Assembly (NCBI GenBank): GCA_001819495.1
Contig: MHMW01000021.1
Coordinates: forward strand, 10,706-74,705
Length of the DNA stretch: 64,000 nucleotides
From: Candidatus Portnoybacteria bacterium RBG_19FT_COMBO_36_7
Lineage (GTDB): Bacteria; Patescibacteriota; Minisyncoccia; Portnoybacterales; GWB1-42-6
Reading direction: 5' to 3'
In this document: positions 55,685-64,000 of the stretch, piece by piece
Position numbering within the stretch: position 1 is the stretch's first letter
How the letters are laid out: each line of letters begins with the position of its first letter
Made by a program: the position numbers and the translations under genes
Notes under the pieces: model-generated
Told to the model about the DNA's origin: nothing
The model's database searches: none
Seen by the model: the letters and a program-made list of their open reading frames with translations, nothing else

Positions 55685-57766
55685 TTACATAAACAACGCC
55701 GCCAAGGCCAGCGTCAAAGTTCCTAACAATTTGACCAATACGTGCAGAGAGGGACCGGCTGTGTCTTTAAACGGATCACCGACCGTGTCGCCGGTGACCG
55801 AAGCCGCGTGAGCCGCGCTGCCTTTGCCACCGTAATTTCCCGCTTCAATGAATTTCTTGGCATTATCCCAAGCGCCGCCGGCATTATTCATCAATGTTGC
55901 CAAAAGTACGCCAACGATCGTACCAATCATAATTAATCCTGCTTCTGCTTCCGCTCCCATTAATAGCCCTGTGGCCACCGGAATAACAACAGCGAGCAAT
56001 CCGGGTAATATCATCTGTTTCAGCGCCCCTTTGGTCGTGATATCAACACACATGGAATAATTCGGCTTGCTCGTGCCGGCCATAATGCCTTTATCTTCTT
56101 TGAACTGTCGCCTGACTTCATTAATAATGTAGGAAGCCGCTTTACCAACCGCCCTCATCGCTAAAGAAGAAAAAAGGAAAACCAGCATGGCGCCGATAAA
56201 TCCACCAATAAAAACTTCCACTTTGGCCAAGTCCACTATTTTTAATTGTACTTCTTCCAAAAAAGCCGAAAAAAGCAGGAAAGCGGCTAGAGCCGCACTG
56301 CCCATGGCGTATCCTTTGGTGAGCGCCTTGGTCGTGTTGCCGGCTGAATCCAATTTGTCGGTCACTTTACGTGTTTCCTCTGCTCCGCCTGACATCTCAA
56401 CAATGCCGCCGGCGTTATCGGTTATTGGGCCAAAAGTATCCATAGCCAAAACATAGGCGGCTGTGGCTAACATTCCCATAGTTGCCACTGCTGTGCCAAA
56501 AAGCCCGCCGCCTTCAAAACCGCTCATAGCGCCCAATTTGTAAGAACCAATTAAAGCCAGCGAAATTGTCACAACTGTCGCGGCTGTTGATTCCATGCCA
56601 ACTGAAAACCCGGCAATAATATTGGTCGCATGGCCGGTAGCCGAGCTTCTGACGATTTCTTTGACTGGCCGGTATTTTGCTTCAGTATAGTATTGAGTAA
56701 TGTAAACAAAAGCGATGCTGGTTACAATACCGACAAGCCCCGCCCAAAAAAACCAGATACTGCCCAGCATTTCCATAGTAATAAAGTAAAAAGAGACAGC
56801 TGCCAGAAAACTGGCCACCAAATATCCTCTGTTCATCGCCTTCATCGGCTCATCAATTTCTTTCGGCCTGACCACCATTATTCCCGCGATGCTTGAAAAA
56901 AGCCCAAATGCCCGGGCAACCAAAGGAAATAAAATACCGCTGATGCCAAAATGAGGGAAAAGAGCTACGCCCAGGATCATCGCGCCAATGTTCTCGGCCG
57001 CCGTTGATTCAAAAAGATCAGCGCCACGGCCTGCGCAATCGCCGACGTTATCGCCGACCAGATCGGCGATAACGGCCGGGTTTCTGGGGTCGTCTTCTGG
57101 AATCCCCGCTTCAATTTTGCCGACCAGATCCGCGCCCACGTCAGCCGCTTTAGTATAAATTCCGCCGCCCAACTGCGCAAATAGCGCCACCAATGAGGCG
57201 CCAAATCCGAATCCCACGATCAAAGAAGGAATACTGGCCGCTGTATAGCCTAAAAAAGTATAGACAAGATAAAGACCGGAGATACCGATTAAGCTCATGG
57301 CTACTATCGCAATACCAGAAACCGCGCCCCCGCGCAAAGCCAAAACCAAAGCCCGAGCAAAACTAGACTGAGCCGCATGTGCGACCCTGATATTTGAACG
57401 GGTGGCACTCCACATCCCAATCCAGCCAGATAACAAAGAACAGGCTGCGCCAAACACAAAAGCAATGGAAACTTGATAACCATAGACCCAGCTGCCGGTA
57501 AACCCGTAGGTGCCCAACAATAACAAAGCCAAAATAACGGCAATTCCCCCGATTGTCAGATATTGTCTTTTTAAAAATGCGTTGGCGCCTTCTTTGATAT
57601 ACCTGGCGATATCAACCATTTTTCCTTGACCGGTTTGCTCTTCACCTACTTTTCTAGCCAGATAAAAAGCGAAAAAGATACCCAGCAGACTGGCAACGAT
57701 AGAGATAATGATTCCTATGTGCACGGCAATAGTTTCAAAGTTCAAGTTCAAAGTTGAATCTGCCAA
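55685..57766 (-). CDS. hppA: K+/Na+-stimulated membrane-bound H+/Na+-translocating pyrophosphatase
   Basis: GDNVGDCAGRGADLFES, DNAGG, 15-16 TM helices; 693 aa. The N-terminal LNLNFE is encoded by caaagtt-type repeat units. Confidence 0.9.
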   Translation of the reverse strand: MADSTLNLNFETIAVHIGIIISIVASLLGIFFAFYLARKVGEEQTGQGKMVDIARYIKEGANAFLKRQYLTIGGIAVILALLLLGTYGFTGSWVYGYQVSIAFVFGAACSLLSGWIGMWSATRSNIRVAHAAQSSFARALVLALRGGAVSGIAIVAMSLIGISGLYLVYTFLGYTAASIPSLIVGFGFGASLVALFAQLGGGIYTKAADVGADLVGKIEAGIPEDDPRNPAVIADLVGDNVGDCAGRGADLFESTAAENIGAMILGVALFPHFGISGILFPLVARAFGLFSSIAGIMVVRPKEIDEPMKAMNRGYLVASFLAAVSFYFITMEMLGSIWFFWAGLVGIVTSIAFVYITQYYTEAKYRPVKEIVRSSATGHATNIIAGFSVGMESTAATVVTISLALIGSYKLGAMSGFEGGGLFGTAVATMGMLATAAYVLAMDTFGPITDNAGGIVEMSGGAEETRKVTDKLDSAGNTTKALTKGYAMGSAALAAFLLFSAFLEEVQLKIVDLAKVEVFIGGFIGAMLVFLFSSLAMRAVGKAASYIINEVRRQFKEDKGIMAGTSKPNYSMCVDITTKGALKQMILPGLLAVVIPVATGLLMGAEAEAGLIMIGTIVGVLLATLMNNAGGAWDNAKKFIEAGNYGGKGSAAHAASVTGDTVGDPFKDTAGPSLHVLVKLLGTLTLALAALFM

Positions 57767-57864
57767 CTGGCGGAGGAAATTGTCCCGATAGTTAAGCTAT
57801 CGTGGATCCCCGATTGAATAGCGTTCAATCGGGAAAAATTGAAAATTGAAAAATTTAGTTATTA

Positions 57865-59139
57865 TTATTTTTTCTTTTTGGTTTTTTTCTTTTTTGGCTC
57901 TTTTTCCTCATTTTTTTCTTCTTTCGCTTCTTTTTTGTCTTCTTTCGTCTCCGCTATTTCCGATTCTTTAGATTTCCCTTCTTCATTTTGAACAGCTTTG
58001 CCTTGACCAGTCAAAACATCTATTTTCCAACCAGTCAGCCGAGCCGCCAGCCTGACATTCTGTCCTTTTTTGCCAATAGCCAAAGAAAGCTGGTCTTCGG
58101 GCACTTCAACTTGGGCAATTTTTTGTTCTACATTAATATCTACGTTCAAAACTTTTGCCGGCGCCAGAGCATTTGAAATAAATTTTGCCGGATTTTCTGA
58201 CCATTCTATTATGTCTATCTTCTCTCCGCCAAGCTCATTAATGACTGCCTGAACTCTTGTACCCCGCTGGCCGACACACGAACCTATCGGATCTACTCCT
58301 TCTTCGGTTGAAACAACTGCTATTTTTGAACGCGATCCGGCTTCTCTGGCTATTAACTTTATTTCAACCGTCCCAGCGGCGATTTCGGGCACCTCTAGTT
58401 CAAAAAGCTGAGCAATCATCTTGGGATGTGAACGCGAAAGCAGGACGCCCGAACCCTTGGGGTCTTTCTGAACTTCTAAGATCAAGAAACGCAGCCGCTG
58501 ACCGGGCCGGTAAAATTCGCCCTGGATCTGTTCTTCAGAAAAAATCACGCCGATGGTGCGGCCGATATCCACAAATACCGCTCCTCTCTCAAGCCGCTGG
58601 ACAATGCCCGAAACAACCTGACCTTCTTTATTCTTATATTCGTCATAAACTGCTTCTCTTTCGGCTTCGCGAATCCGCTGGATAATTACCTGCTTGGCTG
58701 TCTGCGCCGCGATCCGGCCAAAATCCTGATGGGCTTCAATGTCCATCTGCGTTTCTTCGCCTGGTTTTATTTTTTTACTGATTTTCTTGGCCTCATCAAT
58801 CATAATATGTTTTTCGGGATTAAAACGCACTTTTCTTATTTCGCCTTCAGCCAATTCTTTCTCTTCAATTTCACGTTCTGTCTGACCAGCTTCCATTTCT
58901 CTGACAATCTCTTCTTCTGACTTAATCATTGATTCATCTACCACCAGCTTTATCTGGTACATCTTGACTTTACCTGTTCTCAGGTCAAAATGAGCCCTGA
59001 TATTTTGGCCTTTATGTCCATAGTCTTTTTTATAAGCAGCCGCAACCGCCATCTCAATGGTTTCAATTACCTTTTCTTTTGAGATGCCTTTTTCCTCACA
59101 AATCTGATCAATGGCTGATGAAAATTGTTGTAAATCCAC
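57865..59139 (-). CDS. nusA: Transcription termination/antitermination factor NusA with a K/E-rich C-terminal tail
   Basis: N-terminal domain, S1 domain, two KH domains (GSCVGQRGTRVQAV; IGKKGQNVRLAARLTGWKIDV). Confidence 0.85.
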   Translation of the reverse strand: MDLQQFSSAIDQICEEKGISKEKVIETIEMAVAAAYKKDYGHKGQNIRAHFDLRTGKVKMYQIKLVVDESMIKSEEEIVREMEAGQTEREIEEKELAEGEIRKVRFNPEKHIMIDEAKKISKKIKPGEETQMDIEAHQDFGRIAAQTAKQVIIQRIREAEREAVYDEYKNKEGQVVSGIVQRLERGAVFVDIGRTIGVIFSEEQIQGEFYRPGQRLRFLILEVQKDPKGSGVLLSRSHPKMIAQLFELEVPEIAAGTVEIKLIAREAGSRSKIAVVSTEEGVDPIGSCVGQRGTRVQAVINELGGEKIDIIEWSENPAKFISNALAPAKVLNVDINVEQKIAQVEVPEDQLSLAIGKKGQNVRLAARLTGWKIDVLTGQGKAVQNEEGKSKESEIAETKEDKKEAKEEKNEEKEPKKKKTKKKK

Positions 59140-59149
59140 GTTCGCTTAC

Positions 59150-59300
59150 GCTCAAGTTAAAAATTAAAAGTGACAACTTTGTTGTCATCCTGAGGGCGAA
59201 GCCCGAAGGATCCTGCTGAATTTCCATAAAGTCCTCCCTTAACGCTCAGGATGGCGCCATGCGCCAGTTTTTAATTTTTAATTGTCGTTTTTACTTTTTA
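59150..59300. repeat. AT-rich inverted-arm element (ttaaaaattaaaagtgacaa ... ttgtcgttaattaaaaattaaaaa-type arms) with core inverted repeat catcctgagggcgaag / cgctcaggatgg
   Basis: Arms are reverse complements sharing TTAAAAATTAAAA; the core has a 9-bp inverted repeat. Confidence 0.5.
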
Positions 59301-59393
59301 TATTTTACTCTTTAAATTTATAAATAGGCCCGCTCACGCGGACCCATAAACCTACCTATCTGTATCTATACTATTATATAGCACGCTTTCTTG

Positions 59394-59831
59394 TCAATAT
59401 CCGTACACGGCCCGCTCCAAATGCCGGATAATGTGCCGATTCGCGGCTCGGTCAAATTCAATCGCGATGACGTCAATCTGCCAAGGAATCTCCGGGCTGA
59501 CTTTATTGAATTTAAGATAGCATTCAGCGGATTTTATCAAGTGCTTTTGTTTAAAATAATCCACATTCTGCTCGGCTTGGCCGATAAATTGCGCATCAGC
59601 CATGTCAATCGTTTTGACCTCAACAAAAACAATGGCTTTTGTTTTTTTAAAAATTTTGCCCGAGGTTTTTGCCGCCACAATATCAAGCTCGCCCAATTTG
59701 CATTTCCAGTTACGGCTCAGAATCCGGTAGCCTTTTTGCTTCAAAAAATTCTCCGCTATTTTTTCGCCTTCGGCCCCCAAAATTTGATTTTCCCTGCGCA
59801 TCAGATTATATTTAAATATAGTCCTTTTCAT
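59394..59831 (-). CDS. YraN/UPF0102-family endonuclease-like protein
   Basis: GAEGEKIAENFLKQKGYRILSRNWKCKLGELDIVA...VFVEVKT. Confidence 0.7.
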   Translation of the reverse strand: MKRTIFKYNLMRRENQILGAEGEKIAENFLKQKGYRILSRNWKCKLGELDIVAAKTSGKIFKKTKAIVFVEVKTIDMADAQFIGQAEQNVDYFKQKHLIKSAECYLKFNKVSPEIPWQIDVIAIEFDRAANRHIIRHLERAVYGY

Positions 59832-59897
59832 TCTATCATAAAGGGTTCTACTTCGTCCCGCTGAGCGGGACTACGGACGACCAAAGGAGGTGATCAA

Positions 59898-60476
59898 ATG
59901 AACGCTTGGTATAAAATTGCCAGGTTTTTGGGTAAAATCATCTTGTTTTTTGGGCCACCGGTTCTGGTTTTTGGCAGCCTGCCAGAGAATCCAGCCGTCA
60001 TCTTTTCTAACCATTACAGCTTTCTTGACCCGCCGCTGCTGGCCATAATGCTTAACCGCCGATTATGGTTTCTGGCCTTGCCCGAGGTATTGGAATGGAA
60101 ATTCATCGGCTGGCTTATCAGAAAATCTCGTTCGGCTATATCTATTTCTTCTACTGGTCCGTTCGGCTTAAAAGGCGCTATTAAGATTTTGAAAAGTGGC
60201 GGGACAATCGTCATTTTTCCAGAAGGCACAAGATCCGAGACTCGTGAGGTTCAGGATTTCAAACCTGGTCTGGCTATGCTAACCAAATTTGCCAAGGCAG
60301 TTCCAATTGCGATTGACGGCACTTTTGAAGCCTGGCCCCGCGGCAGACGGCTGCCCAGACGATACAAAATTAAGATCTTAATCGGCAAGCCGATTGAATT
60401 TTCTCCTGAACAGGAAAACGAAGAAATCGTCAGAATCGCAAAAAAAGAAATCTCATTGCTCCTTCGCCAGGGATAA
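59898..60476 (+). CDS. plsC: 1-acyl-sn-glycerol-3-phosphate acyltransferase
   Basis: NHYSFLDPP (HX4D), FPEGTRS. The RBS AAAGGAGGTGATC is a perfect complement of the 16S 3' end. Confidence 0.75.
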   Translation: MNAWYKIARFLGKIILFFGPPVLVFGSLPENPAVIFSNHYSFLDPPLLAIMLNRRLWFLALPEVLEWKFIGWLIRKSRSAISISSTGPFGLKGAIKILKSGGTIVIFPEGTRSETREVQDFKPGLAMLTKFAKAVPIAIDGTFEAWPRGRRLPRRYKIKILIGKPIEFSPEQENEEIVRIAKKEISLLLRQG

Positions 60477-60551
60477 AATCCCTGGCTTATTTTTTTCAAC
60501 CAAAAAAGTCCCTGACGGGCTTTTTCATACGGCAATAAATTTTATCCACAA

Positions 60552-61601
60552 TCATTCTGCCAGCGATGCCTGAAAGCTATTGCTGATACTGATTTTGACC
60601 GGTTCAATACTTTTTACATCCTTGCTCTCCAAAATTACTTTTAACATCATCCCTTCCATTGTTTCTTTTGAAAAACTCTGGTCAAAAATGAAATTGCCCA
60701 GGCTATAGGCGATAAAGCCATCTTTGTATTGTTCAATTTCCTGGACCACATGCGGATGATGGCCGACAACAAGATTGGCACCCGCGTCAATCGCGCTCCG
60801 AGAAACATCTTTTTGAAAATTATTTGCGGCCTGCTTGTATTCATCGCCAAAGTGCAGCGAGACGACCACAAAATCCGATATTTTTTTGGCGTCTGAAATA
60901 TCTTGAGCTATTCTTTCTTTGCTCGACCAGGCAATGCCCGAGCTGCTCGCAACTGCTTCAGTGTATTTTGCGCCCAAAGCCGTATAGGCTAAAAATCCCA
61001 ATTTAACTCCGCTAATTTCTATAATTTTTGCGTTGTGCGCTTCCTGCTCATTCAGCCCGCCGCCGGCAATTTCAATGCCGTTGTCTTGCAAAATTTTAAA
61101 TGTATCGTCCATGGCGATTTTTCCCCAATCGCCGATGTGATTATTGGCCACGGATAAAATATCAAAACCCGCATGCTTCAGTCCTTCAACAACTTTCGGG
61201 TCCGCCCGAAAAGAATAAATACTACCAACATTCCTGCCCCGTTCCGAAATTGCACCTTCTAAATTCCCGAAAGTCAGATCTGCTCCGGCCAGATACTCAC
61301 CAATCTTTTCAAACGGCCAAATCCAATTATCTAATTTTTCCATCTTATCCCCTACTGCGCGCGCCAGCATGATATCGCCGACAAACATCATGGTAATTAC
61401 TTTTTTTATTTCTTCCGTGGCAGTAACTGCGGCTGGCGAAGCAGTTTGGACAACATTTTTTTGCTCTCCTTGCTCAAAAACAAAAAAAGTGGCCGGTTTC
61501 AAAAATCTAAACCAAGCCACTGCGCCTGCCGCTAATATTAAAACAAGTGCTAAAACCGCCAGAATAATATTGCGATTCCTTATGCTTTTCTCTTCAGTCA
61601 T
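60552..61601 (-). CDS. CapA/PGA_cap-family metallophosphoesterase-like protein (poly-gamma-glutamate capsule synthesis family)
   Basis: MMFVGDIMLAR...GNLE...ANNH...GHHPHVVQ...SLGNFIFDQ. Confidence 0.7.
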   Translation of the reverse strand: MTEEKSIRNRNIILAVLALVLILAAGAVAWFRFLKPATFFVFEQGEQKNVVQTASPAAVTATEEIKKVITMMFVGDIMLARAVGDKMEKLDNWIWPFEKIGEYLAGADLTFGNLEGAISERGRNVGSIYSFRADPKVVEGLKHAGFDILSVANNHIGDWGKIAMDDTFKILQDNGIEIAGGGLNEQEAHNAKIIEISGVKLGFLAYTALGAKYTEAVASSSGIAWSSKERIAQDISDAKKISDFVVVSLHFGDEYKQAANNFQKDVSRSAIDAGANLVVGHHPHVVQEIEQYKDGFIAYSLGNFIFDQSFSKETMEGMMLKVILESKDVKSIEPVKISISNSFQASLAE

Positions 61602-62226
61602 GAATTATAATTTGAGTGCCCGCATCCGCCCAGTTATAAAGACCTTCCATGTTGGCATAAGAAACATTGATGCATCCGTGGCTCATCGGCTGGCCAAAAT
61701 TATTATGCCAATAAGCGCCGTGGATGTAGTAACGCGGTAAAAACTGCAGATTCCATTTGGTATTGGGAAAATAATAATCCGGCCCTACATATAACACCAC
61801 CGGCCTCTTTACCTGAACTTTAAATGTGCCTTTTGGCGTCGGCATCCACCTGACGCCAGAACTGATCAAAAAACTGCCAACTTCTAATCCGTCCGGATTA
61901 TAATACCTGAGTTTCTGCTCGCTCAAATCAATATCTATTAATTTATGGGGTCCAGTATCCTCGACCACAACAGGAGGCGTGCTGCTCGCAGAGTTGCCAT
62001 CTGCCTCTGTTTCTAATTCCTGCTTTTTTGGAGCGTCTTCTGCGATCGGTAGCGCTTGCACCGGAACAACACTCATCTTTTTCGCGCTGACTGTTGCCAA
62101 AGAATTATCCGGCATCACCTTTTTAGCGGCAGTGTTTTCAATCCTGGCCCAAGCATAAAAGCCAGCCCCTGCCAGAATAAACAGACCCAGGCTACAAATA
62201 ACTATAATTTTATAAATTTTCTTCAT
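61594..62226 (-). CDS. L,D-transpeptidase (YkuD domain), membrane anchored
   Basis: C-terminal HGAYWHNNFGQPMSHGCINVSYANM (catalytic His/Cys). Confidence 0.75.
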   Translation of the reverse strand: MKKIYKIIVICSLGLFILAGAGFYAWARIENTAAKKVMPDNSLATVSAKKMSVVPVQALPIAEDAPKKQELETEADGNSASSTPPVVVEDTGPHKLIDIDLSEQKLRYYNPDGLEVGSFLISSGVRWMPTPKGTFKVQVKRPVVLYVGPDYYFPNTKWNLQFLPRYYIHGAYWHNNFGQPMSHGCINVSYANMEGLYNWADAGTQIIIHD

Positions 62227-62280
62227 ATCTTTAAGATAAATCTTTTTCTGGATTAATACGATTCAAAAGCCCAAAAGTTA

Positions 62281-62866
62281 CTATTCCTGTTCCCCTGCTA
62301 TTTCAAGCACGGCCTCAAGCGCCGACGGCAATTCTTTGATGCCGTCGTTTCCCGAAAAATGTCCTTTTTGATGTTCAACGATAATTTTTGCTCCTACCCT
62401 TTCTTTCCATGACTCTTTATTTTTCGGATTGACAAACGGGTCGTTGTCAGAAAAAATGGCAATGGCGCGATTAACTGCCTGGCGAATTTTTTTGTCGTCT
62501 CTGGACTCGTTGACCCAAGGCCCGACAATCCGCTTTTCCTCTTCGGTTTCAAGATTCCGCAGATTATACCAGCCGGCGACAAAAACCGCGCCGCCGATTT
62601 TGATGCCTTCAGGCAGAGTCTGCAAATACCTAATAATAGTCTGGCAGCCGATGGAATGACCGACCAAAAAAGTGTTCTCATCCGGCTGGCCGACAAGTTT
62701 TGACAAATAAGGGATCCAGGTTTCAATTTTGGGATTTTCGGTGTCCGGCATGGCCGGAACTTGCACCACAAAACCCCGTTTTTTCAGCTCGGCCTTAAGC
62801 CAAGGAAACCACCCTTCTTTTGGATTTCCTCCCCAGCCGTGGATTATAAAGACTCGTTTTGACATA
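62281..62866 (-). CDS. Alpha/beta hydrolase, RBBP9/YdeN-like serine hydrolase. The start is set at MSKRVFIIHGW because the longer track ORF runs over the tRNAs
   Basis: VFIIHGWGGNP ... LVGHSIGCQ (GHSxG nucleophile elbow). Confidence 0.65.
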
Positions 62867-62868
62867 TG

Positions 62869-62896
62869 TGGACCCACCGGGAATTGAACCCGGACC
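62869..62896 (-). other. tRNA 3'-end-like fragment (T arm plus acceptor) adjacent to tRNA-Ala; not a complete tRNA
   Basis: Reverse complement CCGGG-TTCAATT-CCCGG-TGGGTCCA resembles the tRNA-Ala 3' end AGGGG-TTCAAAT-CCCCT-TCGGTCCA. Confidence 0.4.
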
Positions 62897-62922
62897 TTAG
62901 CAACCCGCCTCCGCCGTAATCG

Positions 62923-62994
62923 TGGACCGAAGGGGATTTGAACCCCTGACCCCTGCAATGCGAATGCAGTGCTCTACCGCTGAGCTATCGGCCC
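62923..62994 (-). tRNA. tRNA-Ala (anticodon CGC)
   Basis: Reverse complement GGGCCGA-TA-GCTC-AGCGGTA-GAGC-A-CTGCA-TTCGCAT-TGCAG-GGGTC-AGGGG-TTCAAAT-CCCCT-TCGGTCC-A. Confidence 0.75.
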
Positions 62995-63113
62995 ACGGCT
63001 ACGGCGGGCGCAGTGCGAATGCTTGCCCACCAAAGCATTGGCGACAATGGGCAATGTATTACCACTATACTACAGGCCCTTATTTATTTTTTGAATTTAT
63101 TGACAGCTATAAT

Positions 63114-63551
63114 TCATTCCCTTTTATTAGCCAGAAAATGAACCAATGATTCTGTGTCGTCGAAAACTTTAGCATAGATAGACTCTATCCATCCTTGAAC
63201 TTTTTCTCCAAAACCTTTCAAATTATTTGTTCTTACACCATATAAGGGTTTACCCAAACCCTTAGCATAGCCGCTTTCAGCATAAATCCCCGGCGTGTTG
63301 CCCAGCAAAACAATTACACCCTTAGCTTTTTTGATTAACTCAAACTCTTTTCTGCACAACCAACCCCCAGACCTACTTTGAGGTAAATCGCGCAATGCGA
63401 CCACAATTCTTAAACCGCTTTCTTCAAGCTGGTTTACGATGTTACGCCATTCTTTATGCATTTTTCTATCCCACCGCAATCTCCTACCGTTCCAAGAATA
63501 AAGCGGAGTACATAGAAAATAATAAGGTTTTCTTTCGGTAGTTTTTTTCAT
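63114..63551 (-). CDS. Hypothetical protein, possibly nucleoside 2-deoxyribosyltransferase-like Rossmann-fold
   Basis: GVIVLLGNTPGIYAESGYAKGLGKPLYGV resembles the N-deoxyribosyltransferase-family glycine-rich segment. Weak. Confidence 0.3.
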   Translation of the reverse strand: MKKTTERKPYYFLCTPLYSWNGRRLRWDRKMHKEWRNIVNQLEESGLRIVVALRDLPQSRSGGWLCRKEFELIKKAKGVIVLLGNTPGIYAESGYAKGLGKPLYGVRTNNLKGFGEKVQGWIESIYAKVFDDTESLVHFLANKRE

Positions 63552-63604
63552 ATCTTCATCATTTTTATTCCCCCTGCCTCATGGCACCTCTTAAACTAAA
63601 TCAC

Positions 63605-63907
63605 TTAATCACTAAACACTTTCTTTATTATCCCTGCCTCTTTTTGCAAAACTTCGTTCTCTTCGTATTCGCCGGAATGGGCGGGCGAACCAGAATACGA
63701 TGGCTCTTTCTGGTCTAAATGCAAATTCACAAAAACAAAATCCCCTTCTCTTTTGATATAAACGTGGAATTTCGGATAATCGCCCGAACTTAGGCGGCGC
63801 TCATATGCCTCCTCCTCTATCCGCTCGTCACGCCCAACATAGCTATAACCCGCTTGTCTCATTAGATTCAAAGGAGAGTCTTTTATATTTTTGAAATTCA
63901 ATCGCAT
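63605..63907 (-). CDS. Hypothetical protein (100 aa)
   Basis: Intact ORF with plausible start; no recognisable family. Confidence 0.35.
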   Translation of the reverse strand: MRLNFKNIKDSPLNLMRQAGYSYVGRDERIEEEAYERRLSSGDYPKFHVYIKREGDFVFVNLHLDQKEPSYSGSPAHSGEYEENEVLQKEAGIIKKVFSD

Positions 63908-64000
63908 AAACTATAAAATCTAAAACGTTTTGACATTTGAGCTTTGGACTTGATTTAAAATTTGAACTTTGACATTTTTTAATTCAGTCTTTTCTGCACT

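Noticed and set aside
62867-62958. N-terminal extension of the alpha/beta hydrolase ORF (MQGSGVQIPFGPRLRRRRVAKVRVQFPVGPH...)
   Set aside because: It is antisense to tRNA-Ala and the adjacent tRNA-like fragment. The start was moved to MSKRVFIIHGW.
63060-63125. Plus-strand ttgacagctataat looked like a promoter
   Set aside because: Spacer between the -35-like and -10-like hexamers is only 2 nt; not a functional sigma-70 promoter.

Overview
This 64-kb window looks like a Candidate Phyla Radiation (Patescibacteria)-type bacterial chromosome segment: compact, low GC, many overlapping genes, short versions of housekeeping proteins, and a 16S rRNA gene with insertions. The gene content, in order along the window, is summarised below.

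- **Housekeeping block 1:** tsaD (5'-partial) and valS, then a PrsW-like protease, an Hsp20 small heat-shock protein and a VanW-domain protein.
- **Glycosylation pair:** tRNA-Leu, a GT-C-like membrane protein and a GT2 glycosyltransferase.
- **16S rRNA:** a minus-strand 16S (~1.76 kb) that is not followed by a 23S. It carries AT-rich insertions in V1 and V3.
- **gap locus:** gap is followed by two degenerate copies of its own 3' end, each abutting a small ORF.
- **Hydrogenase operon (~8.8 kb, minus strand):**
  - It encodes a four-subunit group-3b-type [NiFe] hydrogenase (beta, gamma, delta, alpha).
  - hypC, an EamA transporter and an unknown protein with a HypC-like C-terminal domain are embedded in it.
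  - A HypA-like protein without a zinc finger overlaps a radical-SAM/SPASM enzyme, followed by thioredoxin reductase and a glutaredoxin.
  - A 44-aa zinc-ribbon gene is embedded on the opposite strand.
- **Envelope and export genes:**
  - A secreted low-complexity protein, DsbA, and a PolB-type exonuclease.
  - LemA, Fpg (formamidopyrimidine-DNA glycosylase), and a standalone C39 peptidase.
  - A MacB/MacA-like ABC exporter and an SPFH (band-7) protein.
  - Four tandem TrbC/VirB2-like pilin paralogs, an ABC substrate-binding protein, and a methyltransferase.
- **Housekeeping block 2:**
  - gyrA, an MBL hydrolase, rpsA, ftsH, and two tRNA clusters (Ile/Val and Leu/Val/Phe/Gly).
  - A polysaccharide deacetylase, an RluA-family synthase, rplS, HU, YmdB, RNase Y, clpP, and tig.
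  - A DUF559 endonuclease inside a small element with terminal inverted repeats, H+/Na+-pyrophosphatase, and nusA.
  - YraN, plsC, CapA, an L,D-transpeptidase, an alpha/beta hydrolase, and tRNA-Ala.

The most unusual thing I see is the load of small non-autonomous repeats:
1. An AT-rich short-period repeat family with GC-palindromic cores sits in intergenic regions. It is also inserted in frame into coding genes and into the 16S variable loops.
2. A second miniature inverted-repeat family has 21-bp terminal inverted repeats.
3. Short duplications of gene ends (gap, four tRNAs) look like integration scars.

No integrase, transposase, reverse transcriptase, CRISPR array or cas gene is visible in the window.
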